Assembly (NCBI GenBank): GCA_050014195.1
Contig: JBEKDT010000002.1
Coordinates: 96,001-160,000 of the forward strand
Reading direction: 5' to 3'
DNA: 64,000 bases
Origin: Desulfomonilia bacterium
GTDB lineage: Bacteria; Desulfobacterota; Desulfomonilia; UBA1062
The position numbers and the translations under genes were made by a program. Positions 9,552 to 18,979 of this stretch are shown here, in pieces (the stretch's first letter is position 1; each line of letters opens with the position of its first letter). The notes beneath the pieces are model-generated. The model did no database searches and was not told the origin of the DNA. It worked only from the letters and a program-made list of their open reading frames with translations.

Positions 9552-9773
9552 CTATTTCACCGTGATGATGACATCGATGCCGTCAACCCCGACAGTATAG
9601 CAAGCCTCTTCGTGGGTCACGGTAAAGAGAGCGGCACAGTCTTCGTCCGATACAAATGCTCCAAGAACGATGAGGTCGTCCAGGATATGGTGCAGGGCCG
9701 TGAAGGTGATGTCGTCCTCGATGATGATGTTGTACAGCCTCTGCCGGTGCATGAACGGTATCTTTTCAATCAT
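9552..9773 (-). CDS. small acidic hypothetical protein (73 aa)
   Basis: Codon usage like neighbours; 12 nt upstream of the next gene in the same orientation. Confidence 0.6.
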   Translation of the reverse strand: MIEKIPFMHRQRLYNIIIEDDITFTALHHILDDLIVLGAFVSDEDCAALFTVTHEEACYTVGVDGIDVIITVK

Positions 9774-9832
9774 AACAGGGTTTTCATATCATAATAGGCT
9801 ATTGTGATGAAGACAGAAAAACAAAGTTATTG

Positions 9833-9900
9833 TCAGGCATGAGCCGCTGTTCCCCTGATTTTTCTACATTCGCTCACCGGGTTCAAAGGGGGTTAAAAAG
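9833..9900 (-). repeat. partial inverted copy of the structured element at 10218-10401
   Basis: Reverse complement CTTTTTAACCCCCTTTGAACCCGGTGAGCGAATGTAGAAAAATCAGGGGAACAGCGGCTC aligns to 10218-10278. Confidence 0.85.
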
Positions 9901-10077
9901 CTTAAACACCCACCTCAACACCCATCCAACAGAATGTTATTTCACTGGATTGACCAGGGGTAGCATGTTATTCTTTATAGAATGAATAAATAGTGAATTA
10001 TGCTTCCTCTGAAGGGATGCTGATTCTTGGGTATACTGCAAACATGCAGTATATTAATTATTATAAGTAAGAGGAGA

Positions 10078-10176
10078 ATGTCGTTGTTCAAAAAGATTGC
10101 CTATCAAAAACTTAATGCTCGGCAAAAAGAGAATTTCAACTATCATCAATGCTCGCCTAGCCCTGGTGGCCGGTGA
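10078..10176 (+). pseudogene. N-terminal gene fragment, possibly truncated by the structured element
   Basis: GAGGAG RBS; MSLFKKIAYQKLNARQKENFNYHQ, then sequence switches to the GC-rich element flank. Confidence 0.45.
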
Positions 10177-10217
10177 TCTGCGTTGTGAGAGTGCTGGGCG
10201 TCACATGGGTTCGGAGT

Positions 10218-10401
10218 CTTTTTTAACCCCTTCAAAACCGGCGAGGGAGCGCAGAAAAATCCGGGGGAACAGCGGCTCCTGTTTGAGCGAAGCGAGTTAG
10301 CCGCGGCCCGGATTTTTCAAGCGAGTGAGTGTACCCGAAGGGCGGTTTTGATGGGGCGCCTTTTCTTTGGTTCGTTTCTTTGGGCGAACAAAGAAATGAA
10401 C
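10218..10401 (+). repeat. nested multi-stem non-coding element (MITE-like or structured RNA)
   Basis: Stems 10227-10240/10343-10356 (13/14), 10254-10265/10307-10318 (12/12), 10272-10277/10299-10304, CCC-GAA-GGG, terminal hairpin 10370-10382/10389-10401. Confidence 0.75.
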
Positions 10402-10426
10402 AAAATATTTATTAAGGGGTTACCTT

Positions 10427-12574
10427 ATGACAGAAACGAACATCAATCTTTACAAACGTCTTCGTGCCTTGGCTGACAACCTGTGGTGGACATGGCATCC
10501 GGAGGTTATCAGCATCTTCACCGACCTGGACCCCCATCTCTGGCGACAGGTCGAACACAACCCGGTTGCCTTTATGAATCTGATAACGCCGTCACAGATT
10601 GAAGAGCGCGCCTCCGAGCTGGTGCTCCACAGCCGGATAAACTACGCATTTAGACGGCTGAATGAGTATATAGATCTGCAGAAGACATGGGGCGCAATAC
10701 ACTGCGGCAATCTCAACAACCGGCCGGTCGTCTATTTCTCTGCCGAGTTCGGGCTGCATGAATCACTGCAGATCTACTCAGGCGGACTTGGCATCCTGGC
10801 TGGTGACCATCTGAAGAGCGCCTCTGACTTAGGAATTCCCTTGGTCGGCATCGGGCTCCTCTACCAGCAGGGCTATTTCAGCCAGCGTCTGAACAAGGAA
10901 GGCTGGCAGGAAGAGGATTACGTCAATCTGGACGTCGGCAAGCTGCCGCTGCAAGAGGTTATGGATTTGAACGGACAGCCATTGATTGTACGGGTTGATA
11001 CGAGGAGCACCCCGCTCCTTGCACGTGTCTGGCAGATTCAAGTGGGCCGCATTCGCCTGATGCTGCTGGATTCAAACGTAGAGGGCAACTCCCAGGAAGA
11101 TCGTGAATTGACATGCCGGTTGTACGGCGGCGACAATAAATTACGTATCCGACAGGAACTGCTGCTGGGCATCGGCGGTGCGCGCATCCTGCAAGGGCTG
11201 AATCTTTTTCCCGGAGTGCTTCACTTAAATGAAGGGCACAGTGCCTTTGCAATCCTCGAGGAGGTCCGCCGGATCATGGAGTACGACCAGATTCCTTTCA
11301 AGCGCGCACACCGGCGGGTTTCACTCTATACCGTCTTCACTACGCATACCCCTGTTGCCGCCGGTCACGACCGGTTTTCACCGGATCTGATCGAAGAACA
11401 TCTTGGCCTCTTCCGGGAAAGAATGGGGCTGTCCCAAGAAGAGTTCATGGCCCTGGGGCGTGTCGATCCCAATGACAAGACAGAGACCTTCTGCATGACG
11501 GTCCTCGCCTTGAAGAGCTCCCGCCGGGCAAACGGCGTCTCGGCAATCCATGGAACCGTGAGCCGCCTCATGTGGAACAGCCTATGGCCCGAGAGACCCG
11601 AATCTGAGGTGCCCATCGGCCATATTACCAACGGCGTTCATGTGCTGTCGTGGCTGGCACCCCAGATGTATCAGCTGTTTCAGACTCGCCTCGGTCAGGA
11701 CTGGGCCACACGGATGGTGCACCCGGATATCTGGGAAAACATCTCCGAGATAGATGACGGGGAGTTGTGGGAGACGCACCAGAGCCTGAAGATGCGCCTC
11801 ATCCGCTTCGTCAGGAGGCGCCTGCAGATTCAGGCAGAGCGCCTCGGGCAGCGTGATATGGAAAAACAGATCGAGCACATCCTTGACCCGGATGTGCTGA
11901 CCATCGGCTGCGCCCGCAGGTTCGCTACGTATAAGCGGGGAGACCTGATTCTGTCGCAGCCCGAGCGCCTGGCCAAATTGATCAATGACGCCCGCCGCCC
12001 GATCCAGATCATCTTTGCCGGCAAGGCGCATCCCATGGACAACGAAGGAAAGCTGCTCCTGCAGAAGATAGCCCAGCTCAGCTACAGCAAGAACTTCAGG
12101 AGCAGCATCGTATTCGTGGAGAACTATGACTACAACGTGGCACGCCACCTCGTGCAGGGGGTGGATGTGTGGCTGAATACCCCGAGGCGGCCCTTGGAGG
12201 CGTGCGGCACCAGCGGCCAGAAGGTGGTCTTGAACGGCGGGCTTAACCTTTCGGTGCTGGACGGCTGGTGGAACGAGGCCTACGACGGCCAAAACGGTTT
12301 TGCCATCGGCCACGGCGGCATGCACAACGACCTGGCCGTGCAGAATGCCAGGGACGCCGAGTATCTCTATGAAACCATCGAGAAGGAAGTTATCCCACTC
12401 TACTACCAGAGAGACGTCCATGGCATCCCATCCCTTTGGGTCAAGCGGATGAAGCATGCCATGCAGAGCCTTGGCTGGCGCTTCATCGCGGACCGCATGG
12501 TCAAGGATTATGCCGAGCGTTTCTACCTCCCAGCAGCCAGCGCCACTTCCACGGAGACAGGGATACTGGGGTGA
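10427..12574 (+). CDS. glgP: alpha-glucan (glycogen/maltodextrin) phosphorylase
   Basis: YFSAEFG, YSGGLGILAGD, HLNEGH, FTTHTPV, ITNGVH, RRFATYKR, AGKAHP, EACGTSGQK (PLP Lys), DGWW. Confidence 0.95.
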   Translation: MTETNINLYKRLRALADNLWWTWHPEVISIFTDLDPHLWRQVEHNPVAFMNLITPSQIEERASELVLHSRINYAFRRLNEYIDLQKTWGAIHCGNLNNRPVVYFSAEFGLHESLQIYSGGLGILAGDHLKSASDLGIPLVGIGLLYQQGYFSQRLNKEGWQEEDYVNLDVGKLPLQEVMDLNGQPLIVRVDTRSTPLLARVWQIQVGRIRLMLLDSNVEGNSQEDRELTCRLYGGDNKLRIRQELLLGIGGARILQGLNLFPGVLHLNEGHSAFAILEEVRRIMEYDQIPFKRAHRRVSLYTVFTTHTPVAAGHDRFSPDLIEEHLGLFRERMGLSQEEFMALGRVDPNDKTETFCMTVLALKSSRRANGVSAIHGTVSRLMWNSLWPERPESEVPIGHITNGVHVLSWLAPQMYQLFQTRLGQDWATRMVHPDIWENISEIDDGELWETHQSLKMRLIRFVRRRLQIQAERLGQRDMEKQIEHILDPDVLTIGCARRFATYKRGDLILSQPERLAKLINDARRPIQIIFAGKAHPMDNEGKLLLQKIAQLSYSKNFRSSIVFVENYDYNVARHLVQGVDVWLNTPRRPLEACGTSGQKVVLNGGLNLSVLDGWWNEAYDGQNGFAIGHGGMHNDLAVQNARDAEYLYETIEKEVIPLYYQRDVHGIPSLWVKRMKHAMQSLGWRFIADRMVKDYAERFYLPAASATSTETGILG

Positions 12575-12705
12575 GGTTTCTCTTAAAGATACCTTTATAG
12601 GTTAGAGTGCGTGTGTAGATTATTGGGAAATATCATGACAATTAAAAAAATGGTTCATCACCGTAAGGCATGCTCGGATCATTGAAGAGCACACAGAGGG
12701 ATATC

Positions 12706-12909
12706 TCACCACGAAGAGCACGAAGAGCACGAAGAAGATCTAAGAAATGCAGAACAGACAATCGTGGGTTCTTTGAACCGGTCCGCTATTTCAAAAGGTT
12801 TCTTTTCTTCGTGTCCTTCGTGCTCTTCGTGGTGAAGAACTTCTATGTCTGCTCAAATCCCAAGCTCATTTGGTTGCGGCTATGCTGCGCTAAGTCCTTC
12901 GTGGTGAGA
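12706..12909. repeat. inverted repeat built of 9-mer (CACGAAGAG) tandem units
   Basis: TCACCACGAAGAGCACGAAGAGCACGAAGAAGA (12706-12738) inverted against 12803-12835; further arm CCTTCGTGGTGAGA at 12896-12909; between convergent glgP and pth. Confidence 0.85.
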
Positions 12910-13009
12910 ACAATGGGCTGTGAAAAGGATGCAACCTATAAAAGTAGGCGACTCTATCTCGGCTCCTGCAGGTAGGTTACGCTGTCCACTGGTCACGAGG
13001 CACTATTCT

Positions 13010-13588
13010 CTAATTACCCTCTTTTAATTCCCCAGCTACCCGCTTGTTGAAGGTGTTCATGGCTTTCGTCAAATCTCCCTTGAGGCATAGTTCAACTGCA
13101 GAGGCGGCCTTGTGGATTTGTTCCTGCACAATATCATGATCCTCTTTGAGGAACCGCCCGAGCACGTAGTCACTGGGGTCCAAGCCTTCGGGCGGCCTGC
13201 CGATGCCGAAGCGGATGCGGATGAACTCTCCGGTGCAAAGAACACCTTTTATGGAATTGAGCCCCTTGTGACCGCCGGTACCACCGCCGGTCTTCACGCG
13301 GACCTGGCCCAGGGGGATGTCCATGTCGTCGTGGATCACGATGATATCTTCAGAATCGATGTCAAGTGCTTCCATGGGAGCGCCGCTTAGGTTCATGAAG
13401 GTCTGGGGTTTGGCGAGCATGGTTTCAGTGCCTGCTACTTTGCCGATTCCGTAGAGGACATCGGCCTTTTTCTTCTTCATGGGGATGCCCCATTTCCGGG
13501 CAAGGAGGTCCACCACCATGAAGCCCGCGTTGTGTCGGGTGAGTTCATAGCTCCTGCCCGGGTTGCCGAGACCGTATATCACTTTCAT
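13010..13588 (-). CDS. pth: peptidyl-tRNA hydrolase
   Basis: GLGNPG..Y..TRHNAGF, KPQTFMNLSG, HDDMD, GGHKG, RIRFGIGRP, DYVLGRF. Confidence 0.95.
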   Translation of the reverse strand: MKVIYGLGNPGRSYELTRHNAGFMVVDLLARKWGIPMKKKKADVLYGIGKVAGTETMLAKPQTFMNLSGAPMEALDIDSEDIIVIHDDMDIPLGQVRVKTGGGTGGHKGLNSIKGVLCTGEFIRIRFGIGRPPEGLDPSDYVLGRFLKEDHDIVQEQIHKAASAVELCLKGDLTKAMNTFNKRVAGELKEGN

Positions 13589-13800
13589 CTATCGTATCAA
13601 AATTCCCTAAAGTATTATGGTTCTTATCTCTTCTATTGAACCACATTCTCCAAAAAATATCATTGCCATAAAACCTATAAGATCACTGCGGTGCATCAAG
13701 ATGCGCTTCATGGTGACCCTTTCCACTGAAGTATTTTGCTTGGCATCCTGCACTATCAAGGCGCTTTGCCTATGAACACGTTAGATGATATCATATGATT

Positions 13801-15567
13801 ATGGCGCTGACAGCAGATATCATCAAAGGTTTGCCCAAGGCCACGGGTGTGTATATCCTCAGGGATGCATCAAGCAGGATCATCTACATAGGAAAGGCCA
13901 AGGATTTAAGGATCCGTCTGCGATCTTACCTCGGCCAGGACAACAGGCTCCAAACCGGCCGGATAGTGGACAAGACGGATAAAATCGATTACATCCTCAC
14001 GCGAAACGAGGCAGAGGCTTTACTCCTTGAGAACCAACTGATCAAGGCCCACAAGCCCCGCTACAACATCGACCTCAAGGACGACAAGACCTATGTCCGC
14101 ATCAAGGTGACCACCAATAGCGAATGGCCCGGGATCTCCATCACGAGAAAGGTCGCCAGGGACGGGGCGCGCTACTTCGGCCCCTACTCTTCAGCACGGT
14201 CTACGAGAAATACCTTAAGTGCCATCGGCAGGATATTCCCCATACGCAGATGCACGGATACCTTCTTCGCCAACAGGAGCCGGCCGTGTATCTTCCACTC
14301 CATCGGACTGTGCATGGCGCCGTGTGTATACAAGACGATCCATAAGGAATACGATCAGACCGTGCGGGACCTCATTGCATTCCTCGAAGGCAGGAACCGG
14401 GACCTTGAGAAGATGCTTCAGGAACGTATGATAATCGAGTCGGACAACCTCAATTTCGAAAGGGCTGCAAAAATCCGCGACCAGATCGCCGCCATCAGGT
14501 CCACCCTGACCCCCCAGGTGGTGATGGGCCACACCGGCGCCGACACCGATGTGTTTGCCTTCTTCCAGAGAAAAAACGTAATACAGATCGCAGTAGTGTG
14601 CATAATAAAGGGAAACTTGAGCGACAGCTTCAATTATACCTTCAAGGATGTGGAGGATGATGACATCATCGCCGGTGCGATCCTCCAGTTTTACCTGACA
14701 CACCAGGGAATACCCGCCCGGATCTATACCGATACCCTGCCTGAATCAAAGACAATGCTCGAAAAGGTCCTTTCTCATATGCGGGGATCTCATGCTCGGA
14801 TCTCCAAACCGACAAGGGGACGCCCGCTCCAGTGGATTGCAATCGCCCGGGACAACGCCCGAACCCATTCCCGGGGTTCGGACACCTCTGCCCTGGAAGA
14901 TATTGCCAAGGCGTTCCACCTGGGCTCCATCCCCTACCGGATGGAGTGTTACGATATATCCAACCTCCAGGGGGGATCGGCCACGGGCTCGCGCGTGGTG
15001 TTCATGGACGGTGAACCGGACAAGACGCTCTATCGCCACTACCGCATCCGTACGATTGTCGGCCAGGATGACTTTGCCATGCTCAAGGAGGTCTTCGAGC
15101 GCAGGCTTACCCATGATGAGACCAGACCCGATCTCATCGTGATAGACGGCGGAAAAGGCCAGCTGGGCGTCTTCCTGAAGGTGCTTGAAGAGCTCGGTGC
15201 CCCCCACATGCCGGTGGTGTCCATAGCCAAGGCCCGCGGCGGCAAGGTCGACCGGTTTTTCCTTCCCGGCAGAAAGGATGCGGTTCACATGCCCGAGCGG
15301 AGCGCGGGTTTGCGCACCCTCCAGCAGATCCGGGACGAGGCTCATCGTTTTGCCATACAGTATCATCGCCGGTTGCGCTCTAAACAGTCTGCATCGGTGT
15401 TCGAGGGCATCCCGGGTATCGGACCCAAGAAGGCCAAGGCCCTGCTCATACACACCTCCCGCCTGAGAGACCTCTCGCAGATCAGTCCGGAAGACCTGGA
15501 GGGGGTCAAGGGCTTGAGCAGGAAGGATATCGAGAATATCGTGTCATTTCTCACAGGCAACATGTAG
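13801..15567 (+). CDS. uvrC: excinuclease ABC subunit C
   Basis: GIY-YIG (GVY..IYIGKAK), Cys cluster, UVR coiled coil FERAAKIRD, RNase H-like ECYDIS/IDGGKGQ, RDEAHRFA, HhH GIGPKK. Confidence 0.95.
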   Translation: MALTADIIKGLPKATGVYILRDASSRIIYIGKAKDLRIRLRSYLGQDNRLQTGRIVDKTDKIDYILTRNEAEALLLENQLIKAHKPRYNIDLKDDKTYVRIKVTTNSEWPGISITRKVARDGARYFGPYSSARSTRNTLSAIGRIFPIRRCTDTFFANRSRPCIFHSIGLCMAPCVYKTIHKEYDQTVRDLIAFLEGRNRDLEKMLQERMIIESDNLNFERAAKIRDQIAAIRSTLTPQVVMGHTGADTDVFAFFQRKNVIQIAVVCIIKGNLSDSFNYTFKDVEDDDIIAGAILQFYLTHQGIPARIYTDTLPESKTMLEKVLSHMRGSHARISKPTRGRPLQWIAIARDNARTHSRGSDTSALEDIAKAFHLGSIPYRMECYDISNLQGGSATGSRVVFMDGEPDKTLYRHYRIRTIVGQDDFAMLKEVFERRLTHDETRPDLIVIDGGKGQLGVFLKVLEELGAPHMPVVSIAKARGGKVDRFFLPGRKDAVHMPERSAGLRTLQQIRDEAHRFAIQYHRRLRSKQSASVFEGIPGIGPKKAKALLIHTSRLRDLSQISPEDLEGVKGLSRKDIENIVSFLTGNM

Positions 15568-15708
15568 ATAGGCTTGAAGCCGCGATAGCCCTTTAGATCC
15601 ATCGCGCCAAAAGGCGCTCCTAAAAATACCACCTTCTCCTTAGCCATGATATCTGCACCATATACATTCGTCTTCCCATTACCAAAGTGCTGTTCTATAA
15701 TCACCTTC

Positions 15709-18186
15709 ATGACGGAGAGTGAAAAGGACTCGCCTTTTATCTTTGAGGGGATATATGGGCCGCTGCTGAGGCCCATCATCAGGGGCCTCTTCTCCCCGAT
15801 CAACATCCCGGAGCTCTACAAGGAATCAATCACTTCGCTTTCCTCTCAGGGCCATATCGTGTTCGCTCACGGCTCTCAGAGCGCCATGGATGCCCTGCTG
15901 CTCAACTTCAGGCTGAAGAGGGACGGCCTGCCCTACCCTGATATCATCTTCGGGAGCACCTACCCTTTGTTCCAGCCTTCCCTGAAGGTCATCAGACGTT
16001 TGCTGAGCAAGCTTGCAGGATCGACCCCCTTCGATCACGGGTTCTACAAGGGCTTCATGGAGAACCGGCACAATGCATCCCTGCTCTTTCTGGGTAGCGA
16101 ACCGTCCAAGAGAAGACCGGACCCTATCCTGGAACTCCTCAAGATCCAGCGGGAGACGGACATGCCCATTTTCCTCGTACCACAGCGCATTGTCTATCAG
16201 CGCGCCCCGCTCAAGCTTAAAGACACCTCCGACGAGGAACAGGTGCGGGTTACCGGTTTCAGAAAGTTCATCACCCTGTTCAGGGGCAGGGAACATGGTT
16301 TCGTAGAACATGGCGAGCCCATCAACCTGGCCGCGGAACTCAAGCAGGCACAGACCGGGCGTAAATTTTTTGAAGAGATTGCAACCGAACTCAGGAGCGA
16401 GCTGCTCCACCGGCTGGCAGTGCTGGGCAGCAATATCTCGGGTGCGCCCATCCGCGACAGGTCCTTTCTCATCAAGAAGACCATCCGCGATCCCATGCTC
16501 CAATCCTTCCTGAAGTCATTTTCTCTTGAATCAGGAAAATCTCTTAATGAACTCGAAGACTCCGTAGAACGCAACCTCGACCAGATCGCTGCAGACCTGT
16601 CACCTGCCGCCATTAACTTTCTCGACAGGTCGCTTAACTGGGTCTTCAACAACATATTCGACGGTGTGGATATCGACCCCAAGGGTATCCAGTTAGTCAA
16701 GGATATGGCAAGAAAAGGTTCTCTGGTATACGTACCCTGCCACAAGAGCCATATCGACTACCTAATCTTATCTTACTGTCTTTATGAGAACTGGATGAGC
16801 GTTCCCGTCATTGCTGCAGGTATCAACCTTTCATTCTTTCCTCTTGGAACCTTGTTCAGGAAGGGCGGTGCATTCTTCATGAAACGCACCTTCAAAGACA
16901 ATCCCCTCTATGCCCAGACCTTCGGCGCCTATGTAAGGACTTTGCTTGGCGAGCGCATTCCCCTGGAGTTCTTCATAGAGGGTACCAGGAGCCGGTCCGG
17001 CAAGCTCATGCTCCCCAAGAAGGGGCTGCTTTCCATGATCATCCAGGGCTGGGAATCAGGGGTAAGCAGGGACGTGATCTTCGTCCCGGTCTATGTGGGT
17101 TACGATACGGTTGTGGAGGAGAACTCGTACATAAGGGAAATGAAAGGCGCACCCAAGGAGCAAGAGGGCTTCTGGCAGTTACTGAAAGCAGGCTCTGTCT
17201 TGAAGAACCGTTATGGTAAGGTGTATATCCGTTTTGCCAAGCCCATTGCGCTCAATGAATACATGGAGGGCAGGTCAGCCTATTCAGAAATGGATACCGA
17301 GCAGAAAGAAGGCTTCTTCGACGATGTAGCGGACGAAATCATCTCGGCCATCTATGGGCAGACCGTGGCCACCCCGTTTGCGCTCTTGTCGTGTGTTCTT
17401 ATGAGTTCGGACACATCCATGGAAGAGGAGTCCTTAAAAAGGGGCTTCCACGCCTTCCTGGAATACCTCAAACATCACGGTTGCAACCTCGCTTCCACCC
17501 TCATCAATGAAGACGATGCCTTCAGTGAAGCGCTGTCACTCATGAAAAGCAAAGGCCTTATCAACATTGACGAAGGCTCAGGAGAGTCGGAATCGAACCT
17601 CATCACCGTGGAGAGTGAAGATCGTATACACCTTGAATATTACAAGAATACCATCCTGAACTTCTTTGTCCCGGCATCGGTTGTTGCAATTATACTTCTC
17701 AAGAATTCCGATGGAATTGTCGAGAAGGCATTTCAGGAAAAGGTCAGGAACCTGGCCGCCCTCCTGGAGAACGAGTTTATTCTCAACAGACAGAGCGTGG
17801 AGAAGGCACTGCAGTTCATGACCCAAACAGGGATTGTTAAGACTACGAAAGGGCACTATGCAGGAAGCGCCGGGACCGCTGATATCCTCAAAATGTACGC
17901 CGGACTCATTGAGAACTACCTGGAGTCATACCTCTGCGTGGCCAGGAACATCGAGAAGGTCAAGGGCGTAAGCAATAAGGACATCCTGAAAGCCATCAAC
18001 CGCCATGCCACCAGGATGTTTAAAAAAGGGGAAATCAAGCGGTTCGAGTCCTTGTGCCTGCCGGTGTATAAAGGGGCATTGGATACATTCAGGACCAAAG
18101 GGCTCATCGATGATCAGAACAGCATCATAGATGAACGTCCTATTAAGGAGCTTATTCATGAGATCGAGGGATATCTGGAGGTTTAA
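15709..18186 (+). CDS. plsB: glycerol-3-phosphate acyltransferase (PlsB/GPAT family)
   Basis: HX4D motif PCHKSHIDY, GGAFFMKR, FFIEGTRSRSGK, PVYVGYD; start uncertain (15646 or 15709). Confidence 0.85.
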   Translation: MTESEKDSPFIFEGIYGPLLRPIIRGLFSPINIPELYKESITSLSSQGHIVFAHGSQSAMDALLLNFRLKRDGLPYPDIIFGSTYPLFQPSLKVIRRLLSKLAGSTPFDHGFYKGFMENRHNASLLFLGSEPSKRRPDPILELLKIQRETDMPIFLVPQRIVYQRAPLKLKDTSDEEQVRVTGFRKFITLFRGREHGFVEHGEPINLAAELKQAQTGRKFFEEIATELRSELLHRLAVLGSNISGAPIRDRSFLIKKTIRDPMLQSFLKSFSLESGKSLNELEDSVERNLDQIAADLSPAAINFLDRSLNWVFNNIFDGVDIDPKGIQLVKDMARKGSLVYVPCHKSHIDYLILSYCLYENWMSVPVIAAGINLSFFPLGTLFRKGGAFFMKRTFKDNPLYAQTFGAYVRTLLGERIPLEFFIEGTRSRSGKLMLPKKGLLSMIIQGWESGVSRDVIFVPVYVGYDTVVEENSYIREMKGAPKEQEGFWQLLKAGSVLKNRYGKVYIRFAKPIALNEYMEGRSAYSEMDTEQKEGFFDDVADEIISAIYGQTVATPFALLSCVLMSSDTSMEEESLKRGFHAFLEYLKHHGCNLASTLINEDDAFSEALSLMKSKGLINIDEGSGESESNLITVESEDRIHLEYYKNTILNFFVPASVVAIILLKNSDGIVEKAFQEKVRNLAALLENEFILNRQSVEKALQFMTQTGIVKTTKGHYAGSAGTADILKMYAGLIENYLESYLCVARNIEKVKGVSNKDILKAINRHATRMFKKGEIKRFESLCLPVYKGALDTFRTKGLIDDQNSIIDERPIKELIHEIEGYLEV

Positions 18187-18796
18187 TTATCTTGGTTTTG
18201 TTGTTGTCATCATAATCCTTCTTTCCGGTTGTGCCCATTATCAAAGACCAGGTCAAGGATATGTGGAGACAGGCACGGCCTCCTGGTATGGAGAAGACTT
18301 CCATGGCAAGCCCACGTCTTCGGGCGAGCGTTACAACATGTATGGTATTTCGGCGGCACATAAAACCATCCCGCTTGGGTGCAAGGTGCGGGTAACCAAC
18401 CTTGATAACGGACAGCAGGTTATCTGCCTCATCAATGACCGGGGTCCGTTCGTCGGCGACAGGATCATTGATATGTCCTACGGGGCCGCCCAGCAGCTCG
18501 GCATGGTGGATTGCGGCCTTGCACGGGTGAAGGTCGAGGTTTTGGAAATGCCTAGATACTATTCTGGCGGCAAATATACCTTACAGTTCGGTGCCTTTTC
18601 CGCCAAGGACAATGCATTGAGGCTGGCAAGCATGCTTGAGTCCAAGGGATACACCGCCAATGTCGAGGAGGCAAAGGTTTATGGTAACACCGTGTATCGT
18701 GTCCGATTCGGTGCATTTACCTCCATCGATCTTGCCAAGTCTTATGAACAGAAATGTACCTCGGAAGGGCTCACCTGCTTTGTCGTAGGCCTATAA
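18158..18796 (+). CDS. rlpA: septal ring lytic transglycosylase RlpA lipoprotein with SPOR domain
   Basis: Lipobox LSGC; GTASWYG..FHG, AAHKTIP, INDRGPF..RIIDMS; C-terminal QFGAFS..NA SPOR. Confidence 0.9.
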   Translation: MRSRDIWRFNYLGFVVVIIILLSGCAHYQRPGQGYVETGTASWYGEDFHGKPTSSGERYNMYGISAAHKTIPLGCKVRVTNLDNGQQVICLINDRGPFVGDRIIDMSYGAAQQLGMVDCGLARVKVEVLEMPRYYSGGKYTLQFGAFSAKDNALRLASMLESKGYTANVEEAKVYGNTVYRVRFGAFTSIDLAKSYEQKCTSEGLTCFVVGL

Positions 18797-18979
18797 GAGG
18801 TAGTTTCTCAAGCATTGGATTGCAGAGATTGTTTTATGCCGAAGATTGTGACCGTGCAGGGATCTATACATGAATTGATTTACTATGGGAGGGTCTTAGT
18901 GAACCCTCACGGTTGGATTTAGATAAAGGTTAGCTGTTGTTCTGCCTCTTTATTCTGAATAGCACTTTAAATCCCGTGC

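Noticed and set aside
10097-10300. 67-aa ORF across the structured element
   Set aside because: TTG start, runs through palindromic repeat sequence; typical spurious ORF.
12670-12975. 101-aa Arg-rich ORF; also considered a CRISPR-like array
   Set aside because: It is a translation of the 9-mer inverted repeats; there is no repeat-spacer periodicity and no cas gene.
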